A stretch of DNA of 63,883 nucleotides, the filler included, from Hyphochytrium catenoides (Eukaryota; Protista; Hyphochytriomycota), in the NCBI GenBank assembly GCA_900088475.1. It is 5 parts of 5 records of this genome, joined end to end, with 100 filler letters (N's around TTAATTAATTAA, not from the genome) between each part and the next. Parts side by side here need not be neighbours in the genome. Positions count along the whole stretch, not along the records: positions 56,092 to 60,427 come from FLMG01004311.1; positions 60,528 to 62,328 come from FLMG01000178.1; positions 62,429 to 63,883 come from FLMG01000663.1; 2 more parts are not named here. One strand, written 5' to 3'. Shown one piece after another: positions 59,101-63,883 of this stretch. A program made the translations under genes and the position numbers. Position 1 is the stretch's first letter, and every line of letters begins with the position of its first letter. Below the pieces are notes generated by a model, which did no database searches, had not been told where the DNA came from, and saw only the letters and a program-made list of their open reading frames with translations.

Positions 59101-60379
59101 TACTATACTATCCTCCACTCTCCATCCTCTACTAGCATTGCTTGCTTAGTAATTCTCATCACCTATCCGCATCCTTCATCAAAAGCTAAAGGATATATTG
59201 CTCACGACTCAAGTACTCACCATCAATCTCCTCGCCCTTACAAACTCTAGAGCTCATCGACACGGACGGCGTGACGCTCAGCGCCCACTATCATATTGCT
59301 GGGAGGCGGCCGGCTGGGAACTCCTCCTCTAGTAGCAGCTCAAAGGATGAGTGGGGAAAAGCTACTCCCCATGCGTACCTTTCTCCTGGTGAGGGATAGA
59401 GTGAAGCCTCTCAACGTATTATGCTTTCCTTACTTCATTCGCCATGTGACAGTGTCTGTTACGGGTCTATCCACTCACTATCTACCTATTGTCTCCTTCT
59501 TCTACGTGCCTTTTTTGCGTCGTCTCTTTTTCTTGGTTGTGTGCACTTCTTAGCTGCAATCTGTAAATAGGGCTACAGCTACAACTCTTCGCGTCTTACC
59601 ATCTTTTATGACTGTGTACTTGTCCGTCAGACTGTTACCCTAGGGTACTTGGAGTTGACCGAGGCAGAGTCAACATCTTTTGTGGAGTTGACGACGCCGG
59701 GCAGGTGTACAACTATACGCGGGGTCGCTACTACCAGGAGTCCCACTTGAACCTCCAGTCCACGAAGCTTGCGGCCTGGAATCGCGCCAACGAGAGATAC
59801 CTCGCGGCTTTGCAAGCCCTTGCGGCCACTGGAGGATCAAAAGGTATGTTGGTCCTCGTCGCCTTATCTTTTCCCTCTCTATAGTAGTACTCTTGTTGTG
59901 AAGCGTGGGCTTCATCCCTTCTCTTTGAGATCATCATGCAGACACCTTCATTCTGCTCCTGGGCGTCCACATTCTCTCCCTTCGCACTGCGTTTGCAGTT
60001 TTTCCCCTTTCTCTAGACCTTTCCAATGAATTAGACTAATACTGAAGCTTCCGTCTCTCTCTCTCTCTCTTGCTACCACTTATTATCAAACGTGTGGCTG
60101 GCACAGTCGTGGCTCTGGAGACATTTGTTTCCTACCTCAGAGCCACGCGCCAACACTATAACGAGCTGGCTGACCACCTCCGGAAGCGTCGCGTTGCCAG
60201 GACAAGTTTTGACTTTTTTATCAACAAGAGAAAGAGCATCAACTCCTTCTTAAGGTCTTTGGTATATGCTCCTTCTGGAAGGGGATCGTCAACTCCGCAG
60301 GGTTCCAGGGCGACGATGCTGGACGTCCCAGTGCTGGCCTACGGGGACGCTCGTCTTAAGAGCAGCGGAAAGGGAGAGC
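56145..60379 (+). mobile_element. Fanzor1-type (TnpB-derived RuvC) nuclease gene, intron-rich, truncated at both contig ends
   Basis: Spliced motifs in Fanzor1 order: VLKMGL..RISDAY..INLYLL; ARQLHTNFLN; FIREERAAFLLG; FTLAPLPGFGRHHLRMDVRVL; LWRLVFDL; FGELIDTDGVTLSAHY; RuvC-I RVLGVDRGRVNIF (Asp codon 59657-59659); YTRGRYYQES; RTSFDFFINKRKSINSFL; VLAYGDARLKSSGKGE. RuvC-II Glu, Zn finger and RuvC-III would lie past the contig end at 60427. Confidence 0.85.
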
Positions 60380-60427
60380 GTATACCAAAGACCTTAAGAA
60401 GGAGTTGATGCTCTTTCTCTTGTTGAT

Positions 60428-60527
60428 NNNNNNNNNNNNNNNNNNNNNNNNNNNNNNNNNNNNNNNNNNNNTTAATTAATTAANNNNNNNNNNNNNNNNN
60501 NNNNNNNNNNNNNNNNNNNNNNNNNNN
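60428..60527. other. Artificial contig-joining linker
   Basis: N44-TTAATTAATTAA-N44. Confidence 0.97.
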
Positions 60528-61639
60528 ACCGCAAGTGCAGTTCTCCCTTTGCTTACAAGCAGATGGACGGCCTTGATGATTGACCACGTCGTTTCTGCGC
60601 AGTGCCAACTCCGGCAACGGGCTCACATTTGCCATGTTTCCTGCTTGCGTGCCAGTGAGGGCCTCCGCTATATTTATTCGTTCCCATATTTTTTATGCTC
60701 TCGTTATTAGGTCTCAGTGTCTGTCCATGATGAGGAGGCGACTTCTAGTCTGAAGCCCAGCTCTTTGCGTTGTACCAGCGCGCGGCCTCGTGCAAGCTCT
60801 TCCATTGTCTTCGCTCAGTCCATGCGGAGAAGGTTTTATTAGACTACTGACCTATCATCTTCTCAATAAAGTCTACGACGCGGCGCCGTCAGAGGGAATG
60901 TCGCCTTTCCTCCCCCGTAGATCTAGGGCAAGCCGTCTGTCCACGTAGCAAAGCCACGCTAAGCAGCATGGCGATGCGCCGTTGATTGACTCAGTATGAG
61001 GAGCCTCTTCTTAGAAGCCATTGTCCGACACTTTTGTTAGCTCACCCGCCAGAATAGCGAGCAAGGCGAACGTCTCTCTCTCTCTTTCACATTCTGCTTG
61101 TTATTATGGTTCCGTAAGATGGCGGCGCTCTCCTCCGCCTCTCGGACTTCTCACAGTAGCACAGCGCCTGCAGACCCTTCACCATCCGATCTCTTTCCAT
61201 CATGGAGCCGACGAGACGTGTTCATCTGCTCGCTGGCTTGCCCTGAGATGATACGAAGCAAACAGAGGACTGAGCAGCGTCAGGATGAAGCATGAGCCCA
61301 CGGTCATCATGGGACTCTCCTACTAATGGAGCCCCAGCGCGTCCCGTCCCTTCAACAGCCCGCTCGGCCGAGCAGCTTTGCGGCTAGCGAGTGAGACATT
61401 TGACCCGAGACAGCGAGGCAGCACGATTAAGCTGAAGAAAAGAAGTCGCTGACCGCTATTGAAGACGCTTTGGCGACAGCAGTGGTCGGAGAGTCAGACC
61501 GACATCTGACATTCGAAGACAAGAGGCAATGCTTCTGTAGAGATGATGAAGGGAACGCTCCCCTCTGCTGGAACAAAGGAACATCCTCAAAATCAGACAC
61601 AAGCATAACGTTGCTTAGGTAGGATTGAGAGGGATGAGG

Positions 61640-61642
<3 letters not shown>

Positions 61643-61712
<70 letters not shown>
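61643..61712. repeat. Near-perfect (GA)n microsatellite
   Basis: About 70 nt of AG dinucleotides. Confidence 0.95.
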
Positions 61713-61713
<1 letters not shown>

Positions 61714-62328
61714 CCTTTTGTCGTCGACACTCTTCTCTTATTCTCCATCATCATCAACGCCGCGGAACGACTGTTTTCCATCCTTCAGACACATCATCGA
61801 GCTCATAGTCTCCCTTTCCTTTCTTCTCCTGAGACTGTTTCTCTCTTCCTCAGCTCCCAGCCCCGCGCAATACTTTCACGAGAGAGAGAGACACCAAATC
61901 TTCTCTCTCTCTCCTTGCCCTGTGTTTATCCGTGGACATGAACTCTCTGTCGCAGGTGCTGAGTTGGGAAAGGAGAGAGATGATCACGGTCCGTCCTACC
62001 TGGGAGGAACTGTCACGAGAGAGAGAGAAGAGTCGCCTCTTCTGGCAAAAGAAGAAGACAGATAGGGAGAGAAATTGCTCAGTTAAGGAGAGACATGAAA
62101 GGATATAAAGTTCCTTCAGGGTTTCCTAGCATATTTCCATGATCGGCCGGAGAGAGAGAAAAGAGAATAAGAGCCTCTCTTCTCTTTATTGAATCTATTT
62201 ACTCAGAGCTTGGAGAGAGACAGTGGGAGAGAAGCGACTATGTCTGGGGGCGGCTGGTAGGTGTCAGAGAGAGAAGAGAAGAGGAGAGCTTGGTAGACAT
62301 CCAGCGCGCTTCCTCTGCGAGCCAGAGG

Positions 62329-62428
62329 NNNNNNNNNNNNNNNNNNNNNNNNNNNNNNNNNNNNNNNNNNNNTTAATTAATTAANNNNNNNNNNNNNNNN
62401 NNNNNNNNNNNNNNNNNNNNNNNNNNNN
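62329..62428. other. Artificial contig-joining linker
   Basis: N44-TTAATTAATTAA-N44. Confidence 0.97.
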
Positions 62429-62636
62429 TCTCTCTCTCTCTCTCTCTTGATGTCCGGCACCATTTGTAGCAATTGTTGCTTTCTCTGCAGCTCTTTCCTG
62501 CCCAATCCTATTCCTCTGATACGGGCGATTGAGGCCGGTAACGCTCTTTTGAGCACAGGTTTGTCTGAAGTTATTCCTCCATGGTTCTGATGGTGAGAGG
62601 TCGAGATGTCGCTTCATCATTGCACGCTCGAAGGGG

Positions 62637-62670
<34 letters not shown>

Positions 62671-62862
62671 CAGAGAGAGAGAGAGGGAGAGAGGGAGACT
62701 GGATAGCAAAAAGAAGAGGAGAAAGAGAATTGTAGCAAGGCGAGAAGAGAGGAGATGATAGTGAGCAGGCAAGAGAAACAGGAGGAGCAGACTCCAGAAA
62801 ACGAAGCCTCAAGGTCAGAATAAAGCAGTCTCTCCATAGGACGTCTCTCTCTCGGATCTTGC

Positions 62863-63406
62863 ATGAAGCGCGTTGCTGCGGCAGCTATGGACTCTGAAGA
62901 GAAGGAGAGAGATGAGGAAGAGGAGGAGGAAGAGAAGAGAAGAAATGAGTCAGTAGGAGAGAGAGGAGAGGGAGAGAGAGGAGTGGAAGAGAGAGAAGGA
63001 GAAGAGGATGCGCCACCAGAAAGGCTCCGNNNNNNNCTCTCTCTCTCTCTCTATGTCCCTCTCTCTCTCTCTCGCTCTCGCTCTCTTACCCGGTCTCCAT
63101 TCTCTCGCTGTTTCTTCTCTATCTTACGTCCCCCTCTGCCTCTCCCCCACCTTCTCTATCACACACACACACACTTTATCTCTATCTGTATGTGCCTCTT
63201 CTCCCTGTATGGCTGTCTCTCTCTCCTTTCCCTCGCCCGTATCTTCTTTCTCTCTTCTCATCCTTTGTCTATCGCCATCTCTCTGATTCTCTCTTTTCGG
63301 CTTCTGTCTCCCTCTGGGACGGACCGGATCGCTCTTCCCGCCTTTGTGCTCCTTCAGTGTCAAACGCTTTGGGGCCCTGCCATATCTCTCTCCTATTAAT
63401 ATCTTA

Positions 63407-63471
<65 letters not shown>

Positions 63472-63612
63472 CCTCTCTCCCAAGCCCGCACTCTCTTTGG
63501 TTTTTTGTCTCTCACTCTGCCACTCCTGCCGTTCCCTCAGGCAGTATCCTGCTGGTGCTCGAGCAGTGCATAGACTCTAGAAACCAACAAGCAGTTCTTC
63601 GAACTGCAGAAG
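62863..63612 (+). CDS. Probable SpoU/TrmH-family (SPOUT) RNA methyltransferase, 5' part only
   Basis: Exon 63541-63612 (ctcag|...|GTGAG) reads SILLVLEQCIDSRNQQAVLRTAE, matching SpoU motif 1 (VLExxxDxxNxxAxxRTAE). An acidic first exon from ATG 62863 runs into the N gap at 63030-63036; its link to the motif exon is inferred. Confidence 0.65.
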
Positions 63613-63883
63613 GTGAGAGAAGAAAGGAGACAAAAAGAAAGAGGGAGAGAGACAGAGAGAGACAGAGAGAGAGCGAAGGAGGGCGGAGAGACAGAGAGAG
63701 AGAAAAGAGGACAGAGAGAGAGAGAGAGAGAGAAAGAAAAGGAAGAGAGAAAAAGACAGAGAGAGAGAGAAGACTACGTGGGGATATGCATGTTGTTGTG
63801 TGCGCGAGAGTTACAGATACGAATCTCCCTCCTCACGCTCAACTTCTGTCCCCATCACTTCTCTCTCTCCTCTCTCTCTCTCT

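Noticed and set aside
55924-62328. Functional linkage of the Fanzor to neighbouring genes, or an omega-RNA or terminal repeat in 60528-62328
   Set aside because: Artificial linkers lie on both sides of the Fanzor contig, so the flanking DNA is not known to be adjacent.
60528-62328. Coding potential in contig 4
   Set aside because: Only short frames with stops and no motifs; nothing supportable.
25284-62384. TTAATTAATTAA repeated four times as a biological motif or CRISPR-like repeat
   Set aside because: It is always centred in exactly 44+44 Ns, so it is an assembly spacer.

Overview
Eukaryotic, intron-rich, (GA)n/(CT)n-microsatellite-saturated DNA, probably from a flagellated protist; stramenopile affinity is an inference from gene content. 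The window is five contigs joined by artificial 100-nt N44-TTAATTAATTAA-N44 linkers, so adjacency across those linkers means nothing. Most short ORFs in the track are microsatellite noise, and the real genes were spliced by hand. Contig 1 (1-25239): a multi-IQ C11orf65/MFI-like gene, mitochondrial Phe-tRNA synthetase, an intronless 4033-aa protein (LRR, IQ, SFI1-like, KOW, Ig, C2, MORN, dynein-MTBD-like) and a Ras GTPase. Contig 2 (25340-55991): a minus-strand gene that appears to encode four tandem pepsin-family aspartic protease domains fused to a cAMP-receptor-like 7TM GPCR, a gene with two inward-rectifier K+ channel subunits in one chain, and two hypothetical proteins. Contig 3 (56092-60427): an intron-rich Fanzor1-type (TnpB-derived) nuclease gene, truncated at both ends. 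Contig 4: no supportable gene. Contig 5: the start of a probable SpoU/TrmH methyltransferase. All gene models rest on motif recognition and splice-phase bookkeeping; no searches were run.
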